64,000 nucleotides of DNA from Tubiluchus corallicola. Taxonomy: Eukaryota > Animalia > Priapulida. The notes beneath the pieces are model-generated. The model was not told the DNA's origin, made no database searches, and was given only the letters and a program-made list of their open reading frames with translations. Below are positions 41,601-56,274 of this stretch, piece after piece. The stretch is taken from NCBI GenBank assembly GCA_030141605.1, contig JAQGDQ010000153.1, forward strand, positions 423,329 through 487,328, given 5' to 3'. How positions within the stretch are numbered: position 1 is the stretch's first letter; every line of letters starts with the position of its first letter. The position numbers and the translations under genes were made by a program.

Positions 41601-44600
41601 AACCGCTTTACGACGAGGAATTTCATTATGATTTCACAAAATTTTGCGAGTAAATGTGAGAATGCTCCAAGGCCAATGTGCAAATTAGCTCAACACTTTT
41701 ACTATTGTAGTTACACTACTTGAGTCACTTATTGGTAGTTACTTTACCAACGGAAAAGTCTACGAACATGTTTCTATAAACTTTTTTTATTGAATGACGT
41801 ATTTGTTTCCATTAAGCAATTTCTAAAATTTCGAGGTAGGGAATACTTTCAATGAAGTTTTCTGTTGAAAGGCGCATTTGTTTCCATTAAATAGCGTCAA
41901 CTTTTACACCGCTTTGCCTCTCAAGACGATTTTCCTGCATCGTTTCTCAAAGGATGAAGTTAATCCTGATTGCTACTCAAGCCGATTATGAACATGGGAA
42001 ATGGAAAAATTTCCTGACTTCATTAGTTTTTTCTTTATCATAAATTGCTACCTGCTTCAAGGTGTTCATTATAAACCGTTTTTGTACACAATGTTAGAGA
42101 AATTTAGTGGTCTGATAAGGCGGCGCTTCACTAATAAGAATAAAACTGTGACAAATCATTTCTAATTATGAAAATACGTAATTTCAAGCCCATTCCAAAG
42201 TTCGTTGGAAATTCATGGGTGGAGGGGGTTGTTGATAGACTTTGCAAGACGTACATACAGGTTATTAGTCAATTGCAAAAAACTTAAACAATATCGTATA
42301 TTATATTACAAAATCAAATAATATTACTAACTTATTAGGTTTTATACTCTTTCGGGCTTTTTTGTTGTTAGACCTGAAGATAATTCGCAGGTGTCTTAAA
42401 CCTCATTTTCCTTTTCATTTTGTTTGTTTGTTTTTGTTAATGAAACGTTAACAGGTATAGTTTAACCTCTCGGTATAAAAAAGGATAAGAATTCGAAAAA
42501 CAGATTAAGTAGGAAATAATATAATCATTAAAATATTAAAACACACGTTTATGTCTTTTTAATCCAGCTGCTTATCATTTCTGGTACGTCATAGCTGAGT
42601 TCGTTCGTCCATTCCTACAGATAGGAGAATTTTTACCCGCAAATTCAGAAACGTACCAACAGCGGTTTCATTGCAGGAAGAGTCAAACTCAATTAAGACT
42701 TCCGTTTAGATGGAAGTCGGTCGTTTGTCGCTCGCCGCTGAATTGTTGAGTTGAATCGCAAGTCGAAGAAGTCGTTATTTTGACGGGAATTTGTAAATTT
42801 AATGAAACTGTCAAACTGATTATAGAGGGCTTTGAACAACTATTACTTAGTTAAGCACAAACTGCAAAGTACAGCAAAAAATGAACGACAATGTTGGTGT
42901 CATTTTTCTTGATGCCTTGGCAGACTCCCAGGTATTATACAACCACATTGTTTAATGGTCAATATAATAGAAGAACTTATAGTTTTAGTAATGACACGAA
43001 TATAAAACACTGGCATGTGCTGATATGCATTCATTACATCAAGAGTAAACATGTGAATTTTGTAAAATTTGAAAAGCAAGGCAAACTCAATAAAGTAATA
43101 TATTCCTTGCACAATGGTGAGTGTTATTTAAAATTTTGTCCTGCGTTATTTCAATTGCATGAGTGTCCATGCAAAATGTGATATTGTGAATTGTGTGACT
43201 GTAATGTATCTGCGCTTGTTATACTGCTTAACTAACTAAATTAGGTAGTAGTGACATTTAAGATGTGGAACAGCAGTCTGTTTGTAAATAATAATCGTCG
43301 AATGTGATAGCTGCGAATACTTACACTTATATGTACTTATGTACACTTATATTTACTGAATGTATATAGAAGTGTTTTAGTGTAACTTTTATTGTAGTGT
43401 TTAAAATATAGTATTTTATTGTAGTGTTGTGTAATGTTTTATAGTTTTTTCTGGCTCTTACGTTGAAGTTAACTAACCTAGTCTATGTTCTTTTTAAGCA
43501 TTTTCTCAGGTGCACCGAGCAGAGGCTTTACGTAGCAACTATTGTTCAAAGTTTTTTTTACAAAACCCATTTTTACCTTGAATGTAAAACAGGATGAGAA
43601 TTCGTGTAAACGTTTTCCTACCGAGCCAGGATTTTGAAATATCGACTTCTATTGTGATCGCCTAGAAGAAATAGGAAAACACATTAACAACACATGAATC
43701 AGGAGGAAACCTTTCAACGAATGTGAAACTTTGAGTTATTATGTCGTTAACATAAATGAGCTATTTATCGCAATTGCGCTATTAAATTTCTCTTTCTACC
43801 ATCAGAATCTGATTAACAGACTGTAAAGTGACGTGTGTCCGGCTGTAGGCTAGAATGTCTTACATGCACATAGAGTGTTTATTTGTGGGAAAAGTGCAAT
43901 AATGCATTGTTAGAAATCGATGGTAATAATTTTTTCTTTGAAATTTGGGCAAATTTAACGAATGTGCTTTTTGGCAATGCGGAAAGTTTCTGTAATAAAA
44001 GTCTGAGTGTCAACTATCTGCCAAATTCAAAAAATGTTATAATAATTTGAGTATTGTAGCGTCTTTTCAATTTTTGGCTGATAGATTACATGGAGCTGCA
44101 CCTTTCGGTTTGTTTATAAATCATTATCTAGTGATGTTTCAGTAATAAATATTAAACTCACATTAAATTATCGGCAGATAATTTTTCTACAATAGAATTT
44201 TTTAAATACCTTGAGTTGCTGTAAAATACGTGGAATACATTTGTAAAGTATATATCAACTATGATTTCTGTTCTATAAACTTTCCATACATATTGAGTTA
44301 ATCTTCTTATTTAAGTAGAAATTAGCCAAATTTCAGACTGATTTAAATTCAATTTAACTTCAAAACGTCAGGTTTGTTTATGAAATATTAAATAGCTTTT
44401 ATTTCTTTAGAACTGTAATAATCACGTGTGGAACAACAAATACGCTTAATTGCAATTTATTTTATCTGTCTACATGTGGTTATAACTGTTGGAAGTCATG
44501 CAGTCAGATAAAGCTTATACTATAGAACAAGCCTAAGGCTTAACATTTAATTTCAACACCAGTAAAATGCCAGGTTTAATCAACAAGTTTTTAATTTTTG

Positions 44601-44702
44601 TATACAGAATTAACTTGTCCGTAGCTAGAGGCTGTAAACTGAAGCACGTTTATGGTAAAGTTCAGAATTGTGTTGTTTATCTGGCCATCTGTGATTTTTT
44701 GG

Positions 44703-45015
44703 GGTCGTTATGGTAGCCATTCGAATATAACTATGCGGTCGTTATGGTAGCCATTCGAATATAATTATGCGGTCGTCATGGTAGCCATTCGAATATAATT
44801 ATGCGGTCGTTATGGTAGCCATTCGAATATAATTATGCGGTCGTTATGGTAGCCATTCGAATATAATTATGCGGTCGTTATGGTAGCCATTCGAATATAA
44901 TTATGCGGTCGTCATGGTAGCCATTCGAATATAATTATGCGGTCGTCATGGTAGCCATTCGAATATAATTATGCGGTCGTCATGGTAGCCATTCGAATAT
45001 AATTATGCGGTCGTT
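44703..45015. repeat. 34-bp minisatellite GGTCGTYATGGTAGCCATTCGAATATAATTATGC, 9 copies
   Basis: Nearly identical head-to-tail units with no spacers. Confidence 0.95.
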
Positions 45016-45753
45016 CGCATAATAAAAAAAAACAACTTTTTGTTGTCCTTCATCAAATATGATGTGTAGATTTTTTGGGGGGAAAGTGTCCACCTTTATA
45101 CTTTTAAAATGATTTTCGTAAGTGTTTTCATTCATTTTTGTCGGGCTCTTGTTTTACATTCATAGCGCATCACTGCACGCAGGTGCCGTCTGGCTTGTAC
45201 AAATTTATTTTGTGATTTACGGAAAGTCTCTAGCGACTGAGTGTCTTTTTAACTCACGAATGTGTTCTAACAAATGTCAAACTCGAATGGCTATATTGTC
45301 CACGTTTAAAAAACAAACTTTATCGTGTTAGTAAGAAAAGCACCAACGATGTAATAAAAATAATAATACAATTATTACAATGTCGTGTTCTCGTTTCTAA
45401 TTAAGCTTCGGTTTTTGCCTAACAAGTTTATCGTGTCAGCAAACATGCAAAGCTAAATTTCAAACAAAGTGTATTTTAATTTCTACACTTCCTACACTTA
45501 TGGTTTTCTGTAACTTGAAGGAACTTCACTTAAACAACTGTCTTACAAAATGTAGTTGTCTGCAAACTAGCGTCCTAAAAAGACGGATAGCACTGAACGT
45601 TAATTGTCACTTTAATGATGAGTAATGTTTGTAGTCTAGTAAAGTAACCTAGCCTTAATGACCTAGCCTGGATGCGTGTAACAAGCTGACAGCTACTAGA
45701 ACGGTTGACTTACTGACACATCACAGGAAATGACTGGTCAATCCGGAAGTGCT

Positions 45754-46155
45754 ATGTTTACAATCGACTATCCGAGGAGTCGAGATACGGCTTCATGGCA
45801 GCGGATTTTCATAGGCAGAAATGTGACTGCTTGCATACCTACCCCAAGGTAAAGCCTCCTGGTGCAATATCAAATATTTTCCATTCGCTCGTTATTCGTC
45901 TTGAAGTTCAAGCTGACGGTCCCGAGAAATAAGATACATTTCGTGTTTAACGTGACATGATCGGTCAGTCTTCTAAAACAGGCATTTAGAAGAGCTAGGA
46001 GGGCTACGGGAAGGTACATACCGGTATAACTGAAGTATCAGGCTCAATTTAAAATGGTCATCAAAGGAAATGAACTTCCAATGTACAGTCGCCAAGCAAT
46101 ACTTCTTATAAAATGTACCACACGAATGCTGAAAGATTGGCGGAGAGATTTTGGG
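45754..46155 (+). pseudogene. Possible decayed RecQ-like helicase N-terminus (transposon-borne?)
   Basis: FTIDYPRSRDTASWQRIFIGRNVTACIPT, then (frameshifted) GK/SLLVQYQIF, resembling RecQ motifs 0 and I (GxDVxxxLPTGxGKSLxYQ). Confidence 0.3.
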
Positions 46156-46217
46156 GGCTAAAATAAACATTATAATGGTTTTAAGATTATATAATTCATT
46201 GTGTAGTTGTGCACGTC

Positions 46218-46248
<31 letters not shown>

Positions 46249-46911
46249 TATATTCATATATATATATATATATATGAATATATGAATATATGTACGTCAT
46301 AATCTAATGGTTATAATGCAACGAGTCTAATGGCGTGTATACAATATAACGCTAACCTGGACTGAAGTTTCCTATGCAGAAATTACGCGTTTCTTAAACT
46401 CGCATTTTTAAGTCGAATGATCTAAATCAGCTTTGGTTTTTATTTTTAAAAGGTAGCAGAAGGCATTTTAGGGCATTTACAAAGTTCTTACGGTAATGTC
46501 GATGGTTTCGCCAGAATGTGCAATAGTTCCAGTAACCGGCCAACTGGTTTATTCGCTTTATTTTATGTAGCAGTGCATGAAGAACTTTAAGCAGTTGAAC
46601 CATTTGACTGTACTCACTCAGTCGATTTGCAATTAATTTCGTCATACATGGGACTGCCCCTATTGTTTGGTAAGGCAATTTAGAAAGATTAATGAAGTTG
46701 TGGCGTTAGCTGCCATCAATGAGGGAATGAAAATTGCTTGGCAATTCACATTCATTCTGCAGAAAAACACAATGAGGGTCAAAGGAGATTAGCTATCGCG
46801 CTACACATTCTGATGGCTTGATAAGAAGCGATGACTCTAGTCACAGGCTTCACGCTGCTTGCACATGAAGTGTAAACTGGGAGCGGGAAGTATGAGAGCG
46901 AGGAAAGAGAG

Positions 46912-47010
46912 GCACACGCACGCACGCACACACACGCACACATACACACACACAGAGAAAGTGAGTGAGTGAGTTAGTGAGTGAGTGGAAGAGTGTGTGA
47001 GAGAGAAAGA
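46912..47010. repeat. (CA)n/(GTGA)n/(GA)n microsatellite
   Basis: Directly visible. Confidence 0.85.
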
Positions 47011-47124
47011 GTACTAAATTTTTTGTTAAGTGAGCTATATTACGTAGCCTAAAATCATTTTGTTCGATTGACTCATTTTGTTTTGACTCAAATAAAATTT
47101 ATTATTTGCTTCATACTACGATAA

Positions 47125-47218
47125 CAACTGCTGCTGCCACTACTACTATTACTACTACTACTACTATTATTACTACTGCTAGTACTACTGCTGCTGCTAC
47201 TACTACTATTACTACTGT
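47125..47218. repeat. Imperfect (TAC/TGC)n microsatellite at the 5' edge of fucosyltransferase copy B
   Basis: Directly visible. Confidence 0.85.
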
Positions 47219-47249
47219 AGTTCGCGTCATGAGTATATAGACGCATAAA

Positions 47250-48420
47250 ATGCTCATATGTGTGATGTGCATCCGTAAACGTTTGTTTGGAAGAATTAAA
47301 GTGACTAAGATGGAAAAAAATTGTGGCCATTTTGACAATAGTGGTATTGTTTGACGTAAGGAACGTAAATCGTCAATTAATGGAAGTGAAAAGATTTAAA
47401 AAACGTTTAGAAAGTTTAACAGCTATAATACCTCTACTGCTGACGAATGAACGATTTCACCTAAGCGGAAACTAACTTTATTTTGGAATAAGCTTCACAA
47501 CGATGAATTGCTTTGGAAAAGGCAGAAACCCTTTGAAATGCGTCACACAAGTTTGGCAGAAATTGTGCCACAACAAAATTAATGACAAATCTCGCAAGAA
47601 TGGAGTGATGCGGTTATTGTACACATGGAGACATTTGTCATCAAGCGCTATTGCTCCTTTCATGGTTTACCGACGCTTAGACAAAGATGGATCTTTTTTC
47701 AGAATGTATCTCCACCACACAAACGGAAAAAAATCCAAATTTATCGCACTTGAATAATTTTTTTAACCAAGCTGACTTGACGCCTCGATTCTGATATTCC
47801 TCGTTTACGCGGAGAAGTTATCTTACTTCCTGAGCTATTGTTGAGATTACTAGAAATTTTGCTAGAAATAAGCCAAAACTAATAGCCTGATTTGTAAAAA
47901 ACTGTAAAACCGATTGTACTGGTTGTATAGAGTATGTTATGAAATTAAAGAAATACATTTCAGTTGACATATGAGGCAAATCTGACATGTACGAAAAACC
48001 GTTCTTATTGCGACCTCACGAGATCACAAATTTTATAAATTTTGTCATTTGAAAAATTATGTTGTCGTGACCACGTTACAGAGAAGTTCTTTAATGGACT
48101 AAGATCAAGTGGTGTAATTCTTGTGGTGAGAGGCGGTGAAAATTACACTGAGCTAACTCCCCCTCATTCAGTAATCAATTCGACAGGGTTTGATTCACCG
48201 AAACAGCTTGATGAGTACCTTTAGTATTTCGATAAAAATGTCACAGTTGTATTTTTCTTGGAAACAGAATTCTTATACAGCAAGAGAACCAAACCGAAAC
48301 CTCTGTGATTTGTGCGAAAAATTGAATGACCACAGTAAACCAGCAAAAGCATACGATATACAAAACTGGTGGGTAAAGCTAAGAAATTGCATGAAAGTAC
48401 AAAATTTCATGACACCGTGA
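47250..48420 (+). pseudogene. Alpha-1,3-fucosyltransferase (GT10) pseudogene, copy B, inverted relative to copy A
   Basis: Aligns end to end with the reverse complement of 29708-30897; same motifs and shared lesions (TADE* stop, SFEKLCCRDHVTEK, stop after QLDEYL), plus private deletions. Confidence 0.9.
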
Positions 48421-48479
48421 TGACTGCAACCTCGTTCTGAACCATTTTTTACCTAGCGAGTGAATCCCTTACCTGTGAA

Positions 48480-49040
<561 letters not shown>

Positions 49041-50280
49041 CATTTAGGTTACATTTACGTTAGCGTCAGTCATGGGTTTTACTAAATAAAAACATTTAAG
49101 CTATATGGATAAACATTTGCGAAGAACGGTAGTACTGTTTGTGTAACTTTACCCACCATGATTTTTGTTGATCTTAGCTTGGGTGTCAGACTGCCAGTCC
49201 TTTTTTGACGAAACTTGCAACTGATTTTGTTATTTGTACAAACAAACTGTCCGAGCGCTGATTAATGCGAATCAAATCAGTTTTAGAACATTTGATACTA
49301 TAGGCAAACAGGGTAGTCTGAAATTTACACACATTTATTTGAATCCTTGTGCATATTGAATTTACTTGCGCATGCCATGTAGGGCATTTTATTGAAATTT
49401 CTCCGAAAATGTTGCTTCAATTCAACTGATCGACATTATAGCAGAAAAACCCTAGATGTTACACCGTATGTATTTTCCTTAATTGTAGATACTTTTTTAC
49501 ATTTTCTACCTTAACAAAAAATAAAATAAAAAATACCTGCACTCAAAAACGCACTACAATTTTAAGTACCTTTAGTGCAAAATATTGAAATTGCTCGCAC
49601 TTAAAAACTTGAAAAATCACGTTTCTTGAAGTTTTTTGGATTCATCAAATGTTTTGAATATTATTAACAGCATAGATTGTTCTAATTCAGGTTTACACAT
49701 CACTTCAACTTTATACAAAATCTACATTCATGCGCAATTGAGAGTTTAGTAACTACATAAGTACATACTCTAATTAGTAGCCAAAGAGAAAGACTGAATT
49801 TGAGCCGTATCAAAATACCCACCGCCTTGTCAACTGTACGGGCTTTAGCGCTTCACTGCATGAAGGATTGTGGTCAGCGAGGATACTAATATACTAATGC
49901 ACTAGCAATGAAAGACATATTTTTGGTAAAAATCACATAAATAACCTAACACAACGTTGCAGTTCTTAAGCTTTTTTTGCCGTCTAATTGCGTTGGCCCT
50001 ATGCCCTATAATGTTATTAGCAAAGATTACCTCCATCACCAGAAAGTTCACATTCTTTGATGTCGCAGTACTTCCTGCCAACGGATGTTATAGTCACAAT
50101 CCTATCATGCTCTGCAGCACGTTTAATTAGGAAGCTTTTGGATAAATGACTGATTTGTAAATAAGCTTTCTAAGTACCTGACCGTATAAAATGCATCCTG
50201 GAGTTGGAAATTGCAAAAACTTGACTAACTAAACACTGGCCCATTAGTGATTAATTCTCAATATGACTTTCAAATATGAT

Positions 50281-50918
<638 letters not shown>

Positions 50919-53115
50919 ATTGCTCCCAGTGATTTGCACTCAGCCAGTCATCCTGTTTGAGTCGCTGTCTTATTATTTATAATGTCAACTAATCCCAAAA
51001 CTCTCATTAGAATAAAATAATGGACAACGATATGAATGTTCATTTTATTGCCTTGCCCTGAATTCTATTTTCTTCGCCTTGCTTGCGTGATTAATAATAC
51101 ATGCTTAACATGAATGTGGACTTTGTGTCAAGTAAGGGAAAACAATTTTTCTACAAAAATAATAGATTGAAAATTGAATGAGAACAATGTAAGCACAATA
51201 CGCAGGCATCTTTTGTCGTTGTAGTGCCCATATTTTACAGTTAGTTTATCACACAGGAGATAAATGGAGGAATTTCTCACCTTCGAAACTCAAGAGAACG
51301 TAAACTTTGAAAGTATAGCACATAATGGGAGTAATGTGTATAGGCCACAAATCACAGTGCATGCAAGATGGTTTGCTTATTTAATATATGGATGTTGTAT
51401 TTGTTTTGTGAATTATCAGTTTGTTGCATGTTGACAAAATGTATTTTATTTTAATTTAGATATTTGATATGCTGACACGGTATTGATAACTATAAGCTAT
51501 ATGTACGCGCAAGCACCCGGTAATCAGTCAGTTTTTTAAAAAGGCCCACAACAGGGTTCTCCTTTCTGTAATTTCTTGCGGTAAACCGCTACGCTGGATA
51601 AAGGATTTTGACACACCTGTGGCATAGCGATTTTAGCTGCGTGCTTTATTTACACTGTTTTTCAATAGTTGATCTTCTTAGTCTGATTTGAAGTTTTTCT
51701 TCTGTTATCTTATTTCGACTTTTGAGCATTAGTGTAAAATAGTTGCACGTTTTTCCATCTGTGGTGGGATGTGGTGGAAAGTGCAGCGACTTTTCCGGTT
51801 AGTCTTGTCGAAAACTCTCAAGAATAGTGGACACAGCAACTAATTAATTTGGTTCTTCTTGTAATGGCTATTTAAAAAATGAGGAACTTTGAACCACAAG
51901 GAAAAGTCCAGTAATTTCAAACACAACATCTCTTTTCAGGACAGGTTATTGATGATGCGTATTATGCAGCGGAAAGTTAACGGAAATACGAAACATCACC
52001 GTCATTATCACTATCATTATTATCATTATCATGATCACCATATCAAAGTTATCATTGTCGTGGTCCATGTCGTCGTCTTGTTCTTGTTCTTGTTCTCCTT
52101 TTTCTTCTTGTTTAACCTCCTTCTAGGCATAAAACCATATAATCAGTCGACAGCCGAGCACTCCTATGTAAGCTGTTTGACATTAAACGCAGCTGCGTTT
52201 CGACCTTTTTGTAATTTTTTTTACAGTGAATAATAAATCATCTTCTTAAAAGCCGAAAAATGTTAATGAGGACACAAATAAATCACCATTGACAGCAGAT
52301 GAATAGCCGGGTGATAGATGCTTTATCTATATTCAGCTAACTTTCTATGTGTGGTAAAATAACCTGTAATGTAGAGGGCATGACAGTCTTCAAATATTTG
52401 TCGTTATGTTTTGACGGCTATGCTATGTTTCTTTATGTTTTGTCAATCTTAGTTGCTAATTACAGAGTTGAATATTCATAATTTTTTAGATATTAGCAAG
52501 CTGTAGAGCTGAAATAATTAACTTTGTATGGTGATAAGCAGCTTTTTCAACCTATATTTCCGTCTTACCGTAAGAAAGACCGATATATTTATATATATAT
52601 ATACATACGTCAGTTGCTATGTACGTTGTCGGATACTAACGAACGTTCTCGGATACTATATATAATATGCTATAATACGCTAAGTGCTATGTATGTTGTC
52701 GGATACTAACGATTTATTGGTCCTTAATACTAATACACTGCATCAAAAGCCACAGAACTACATGTTGTGATACTCGGTCAAAGGACCACCAGGAAATGAC
52801 AACCTTTGTAAACACTTAATAGCACAAGCCGCATTCTATTATAATTCATTATAATTTTGTAGTTTCGGTTAGTTTATTAGTAAATTAGCTTTTAATCGGG
52901 CTATCACTTAATAATTACATTTTCTGCACGAATTTTCCAAAAAACAGATTGAGTTAAAATTCGGTGTAATTACACTATAAACTCCCTCAAAGAAAAAGCT
53001 GTCCTGAAACCTGTTTAATAAAATTGCTGCAAAAGACTGAATGAAAAAATGCTGCCAAAATTTTATTGTTTCACCTATAAAAATTCTCGCAAGATTTTTT
53101 TTTGTTTATTTACAG

Positions 53116-53448
53116 TGCTCATACGTGTCTTGTGTGACGGAGAAGGTGAAAAAATGGGAAACGAAATACGGTCAAGTGGGCAGCACTTTCAAGTGTCATT
53201 TCAACCCATACGACTCAGCTCAAGTTATCCGGCAAAAGCGTTTCAACGAAACAGTGTTGTTACATTCTGTGTTATGGCCTATTGGCCTCATCTTAGGTGG
53301 TTGCATTGTGATGCTGGTGCTTGTTAAAGTGGCGAAGTTGAACGTGCGTGGCGACATATATTCAACACCATTAGATACTGCCGTTGAAGACAGAGATTTC
53401 TTTTTTAATAGACAAGAAACAAGCAATCCTATTTCGAGACCCTTGTAG
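53116..53448 (+). CDS. BK channel beta-subunit-like protein (KCNMB/CaKB family), exon 2
   Basis: tttacag| CSYVSC...GSTFKCHFNPYDSAQVIRQKRFNETVLLHSVLWP, then TM2 (IGLILGGCIVMLVLV); CSY, F.C..NP and LH..LWP are KCNMB hallmarks; phase 0 matches exon 1. Confidence 0.88.
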   Translation, partial: CSYVSCVTEKVKKWETKYGQVGSTFKCHFNPYDSAQVIRQKRFNETVLLHSVLWPIGLILGGCIVMLVLVKVAKLNVRGDIYSTPLDTAVEDRDFFFNRQETSNPISRPL

Positions 53449-53559
53449 CAGTGGACACTTTAACCCTGTAGCACGTGCATTGAGTACAGCGAGCATAAAA
53501 ACGTTGTCGACAAGCACGCTTTTTATGCGTGGCAACGTAACAACGCAACATTATTAATT

Positions 53560-54660
53560 TTGCCAAATCATAAAATTCGTCAATATGTAACAAATTTTGT
53601 ATTATGTAACAATTATCGTGTAACTATTTTTGCGTCATTATGTAGCAATCATTATAATAGCAAAATTTTATTTTCTTTACTCTGGATTATATAGCAAATG
53701 TCATAATATAAAAATTATTAATGTTTCCAAAATTAAACTGATGACATTAGTGCCCACCAGTGCCTAAAAATCATTTTATCTATATTCGGTAAAGGATAGC
53801 AGACTAGGTGACTTTATAGTCTTTTCGCTATCCTTTCTCTAGTTCTAGATCTATTTATTCATTTTAACCATTCTTCAAAACCTATTAACGATTCTTTTAT
53901 TAATCATGTGTTATTGTAGTATTATAAAGAGATAAATAAATTAAAATTGAATTGAATTAAAAAAATGATGCATTATGCAACAGACTAACGTAAGTTTAGT
54001 CCTGTTTGCGGATGTGCATGTTATGGTGTGTATGGGGCTAGTTATTAGACTAGATCAATCTCTTTCTGTTCTAGTTGTGGTTTTGGCTCCAGTTCGATAT
54101 GGCCTTTCTGATGTCCGTCTATTAGAGGCCTGGTCTGCCTGAGTCTGATCTGGAAGAGTCCGTGTTTGCGTAATTTGCTCTGAACTGGAAAATGATCCCA
54201 AACGAAAAAGAGCATTTTTGGATCCGGCACGGTCCTAATCATTATTATTCTTGGTCATGTTGTTGGGGAAACTCTTATATATCATTATCAGGCATACATT
54301 TTTCAATTTGGTTTGAATCAGAGCAAATCCAACCTGACTGGACGTCTGACAGACCAGACCTAGCATTGACTGGCCAGAAACCACATCTCGAGTAGATCAA
54401 ACCTCAGATAGACCAGACTCCTGACTGACCATCCACAGACTGCCAGATAAGCCAGATCTAAAAAGGAAAGAAACTGACCGAGTTCAATAATTAGACAACA
54501 TCGATATCGTAGCAAGACCCACCCATAGACCACGACTGCAATGCATCTTTTTTGTTACGTAGTAAATGTTACACAATTTTATGATATGTTGTGACGAGTT
54601 TTACGATTTGTTACATAATGCAGCATTTTTGTTGCATAATGCTACATTATTGCATAAAGG
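53560..54660. mobile_element. Degenerate MITE-like element with ATGTAACA / TGTTACAT subterminal repeats, hosting nested insertions
   Basis: ATGTAACA-like repeats at ~53580-53650 and inverted TGTTACATAATGC-like repeats at ~54550-54655; inner AGACCAGAC-rich quasi-palindrome at ~54045-54480. Confidence 0.4.
53671..53960 (+). mobile_element. Severely 5'-truncated copy of the same LINE family as 10915-12782 (3' end only)
   Basis: ~290 bp closely matching ~12486-12781, including the stem-loop and AATAAATTAAAATTGAATTGAATT tail. Confidence 0.9.
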
Positions 54661-54959
54661 AACCTTAACATCGATTAATCATTCAGACTAAAATTGGGTT
54701 CACGTAGGCCCACCGATTTGTTCTTAGTGCATGTATTGGAGTTTTATACTTATCACTAAAGTCAAAAACGCTTGAAAAAAATTTAAAAATCAATTTGCAT
54801 TTTAAGTACATTTAAATTCTAAAATCTCACAAACAAGCCCAAATAACTAGTAAGTAACCTTCTAAATCTAAAATTCTGAAACTCACAATTATGGCATGTA
54901 GCTATCTTTCTGCATCATGTAGATTTACAGTCATCATCATCATTTACGTACTTTTACGT

Positions 54960-55640
54960 TCTAAAACATGGAACGCTTTACCTGTTCATGCATCATCCCT
55001 CAAATCCAGACTTGTATCTGCTAAATCTTTTTGCAGTATATCTGATATGCATACGTTTATAGCTGACCCACTCTCGGCTTTTTTGTCGTTTCAAGAGCTT
55101 TACATAATGCTATAGGAAGAGGAGATTCTTGTGAAAGTTTTAGTACATGCTCAGTCCAATGCAATCTTTTTACTTGGATTTGTTTACTCCAAGGGTTCCT
55201 CTTCACCACATTATACAGATATACAGATCAACATTGGATATTCTGTTATGTCATTTAATGCCCAAGAGTTTTGTATAGAGACTATGTGAAAAGCCTCAAT
55301 TGCTTTCTACTGTTTAACTTTTATTGTAACTTTTTGCTCAGCATTGTGTAAAAATACAACTTCAACTAAATTTGAAATGATCCACACTTTGGTTTCAAGA
55401 GAGTCTTATTTTGAAAAACCGTTGTGAAATCTGTATAAGCAAACAATGCTAGAATTGTCCTTTGTTGCATATCGGCTTCAGTGTCTAATAAGCTACCTAG
55501 CTATATTTTCTACATTTTTTCCACGAACCGTTACCTCCTCGCTGAATGTACATGTAATAGTGTTCAGTTTTCGTATGGTCGACTTTAAGATTAGATTATA
55601 TTTTTCTAAACGGCAGCTGATGGTGCATTATGTGACTCCT
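54960..55640 (-). mobile_element. RTE-like LINE 3' remnant
   Basis: ~54960-55330 is reverse-complement similar to ~1440-1770 (e.g. TTTTTTGTCGTTTCAAGAGCTTTACAT, GTTTACTCCAA); extent beyond ~55330 is approximate. Confidence 0.6.
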
Positions 55641-56016
55641 CTACATTAGCTGTAATGTAAGCAATATCATCCGCAAATTACATGGAGATTAAAGATGAAG
55701 GTCTTCCAAATATAGCATAATTAATTATGTTCAACTAGCGTATCTCATTTAAAGTTTCCTAATTATGGTATGTGTATTTATGGTCCTTCATTTCTTCACA
55801 AGGCATAACAGTTATCGTCTGTCATAGCTACAGCAAAAAAGCAAAAGAGGGGACACAAACAATTTCCTTGATGTACACAGACGGAGAACAGTAGAACAGA
55901 ATGGCGTGCTCGTCCTTTACCGCTTTACGGACTAAGGTTTTGCAAGAATGGGTTTTGAGTAAAAGGAAATCAAATGAATTAAATTTTTACCTCGGGGTTC
56001 TAAAAGTAACCGTACT

Positions 56017-56274
56017 CAGGGCCTATTTCAAGGGGGGGTAAGTGGGGATGCTTCCCCGGGGCCTCACCCTATAGGGGGCCTCGCGCCGAGGTAACATTTT
56101 TTTGCTTTATGCGAACATTCAATTGTTCTTTCCTTTAACAACTGTGTAACTCCATATTTTCTCTTCGAAAATGCTTCTCCGGCGTTTTAGCAGTTCAAAA
56201 ATTTTCTGGTGCTTCGAGAGGGGGCCTCACACGCCGCACTTCCCCGGGCCTCGCTTAGGCTGAAATAGGCCCTG
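56017..56274. mobile_element. hAT-type MITE, 258 bp, intact ends
   Basis: 14-bp perfect TIR CAGGGCCTATTTCA; perfect 8-bp TSD ACCGTACT (56009-56016 and 56275-56282); internal GGGCCTC repeats. Confidence 0.93.

Noticed and set aside
44703-45015. CRISPR-like 34-bp repeats
   Set aside because: Units are contiguous with no unique spacers; eukaryotic context and no cas genes.
46212-46301. AT palindrome flanked by ACGTCATA direct repeats
   Set aside because: Explained by (TA)n slippage; too low in complexity to call an element.
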